Assembly (NCBI GenBank): GCA_964291285.2
Contig: OZ219789.1
Coordinates: 288,001 to 352,000, forward strand
DNA: 64,000 bases
Source of the DNA: Alphaproteobacteria bacterium
Lineage (GTDB): Bacteria; Pseudomonadota; Alphaproteobacteria; Bin95
Direction: 5' to 3'
Under the pieces are notes generated by a model. That model searched no databases and had not been told where the DNA came from. It was given only the letters and a program-made list of their open reading frames with translations. Of the stretch, positions 63,376-64,000 are shown one piece after another; position 1 is the stretch's first letter; every line of letters begins with the position of its first letter. Both the position numbers and the translations under genes were made by a program.

Positions 63376-63503
63376 CACATGGAATACGGCCCCGGCGCGG
63401 CCTCCTGCGGACTGTCATGGCCGGGGCGGCGGCCCCTGTCCTGCGCCGGGGCCGGCCGCCATCGGCAGGATCGGGACACGCGGCGCCATTACCGGGCATT
63501 CTC

Positions 63504-64000
63504 CTACCAGCGGAGCGCGCCGCGCAGCATGAGGCTGTCTTCGGGAGCCGGGCCCGGCCGGTGCGCGCCCTCGAGGCCGAGGGAGAGCCCCGCGCCCATG
63601 CGGTAGCGCGCGCCGAGGCGCAGCGTGCGCCCGCCCGTCTCCGCGAGGCTGAGGCCCGCCCAGGGCGTGAGCACCGCCAGCGGCCCCGGACCGGCAAGGC
63701 CGAACCCGTGGCCCACCTCCGCCTCCAGACGGCTCTCCGCCTCTTCCGAAGCCGCGCCTGATGCGGCCGCGGGCAGGCCGTGGTCGAACAGCCGGTCCAG
63801 GCCGCTCTCCGTGCGCCCGTGCGCGGGACCGAAGGCGAGGAACGTCCCGCGCCCGTCGGCTCCGGGGTCGAGGCGCACCAGCGCGCTCACGCCCCATTCG
63901 TCGCGGTCCGCCTCATGCGCTGCCAGGAGCCGCGCGCGCAACTCCGCCGTCAGGCCCGCCGCCGGGTCATGCCAGGTCACGCCCGCCCCGGCCTCGAGGC
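63504..64000 (-). CDS. C-terminal beta-barrel of an autotransporter-like protein (partial)
   Basis: Amphipathic strands, RLEAEVGHG, TPWAG, RLGARY, terminal LRW; runs off the window. Confidence 0.7.
   Translation of the reverse strand, partial: LEAGAGVTWHDPAAGLTAELRARLLAAHEADRDEWGVSALVRLDPGADGRGTFLAFGPAHGRTESGLDRLFDHGLPAAASGAASEEAESRLEAEVGHGFGLAGPGPLAVLTPWAGLSLAETGGRTLRLGARYRMGAGLSLGLEGAHRPGPAPEDSLMLRGALRW

Overview
GC-rich, heavily rearranged accessory region, probably decaying integrated conjugative/mobile elements in an alphaproteobacterium (inferred from porin, RTX and Slam gene types). It contains: (1) two homologous leading-region-like blocks (0.6-12.7 kb and 39-46.5 kb), both with ssb and a SLOG/DUF2493-type gene behind a conserved long stem-loop, the first also with a strawberry-notch helicase, a toprim primase and TA systems; (2) tandem arm-type tyrosine recombinases at four loci (two intact pairs, one decayed pair, one truncated remnant); (3) a large inverted duplication of a porin - TbpB-like lipoprotein - Slam (type XI secretion) cassette whose porin and Slam copies are nearly identical while the lipoproteins are patchily diverged; (4) many IS elements (four IS1380-like copies, an IS66-like element with DUF4338, IS1595 elements, a large DDE element containing a 132-bp MITE, a truncated IS5/IS4-like element); (5) defence-type cargo (MTase-HNH fusion, IetAS-like ATPase/S8 pair, RlmJ-like MTase module); (6) an RTX gene with a poly-C tract in its putative promoter spacer. 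No CRISPR array, rRNA or tRNA was recognised. All family calls come from motif recognition by eye, not from database searches.
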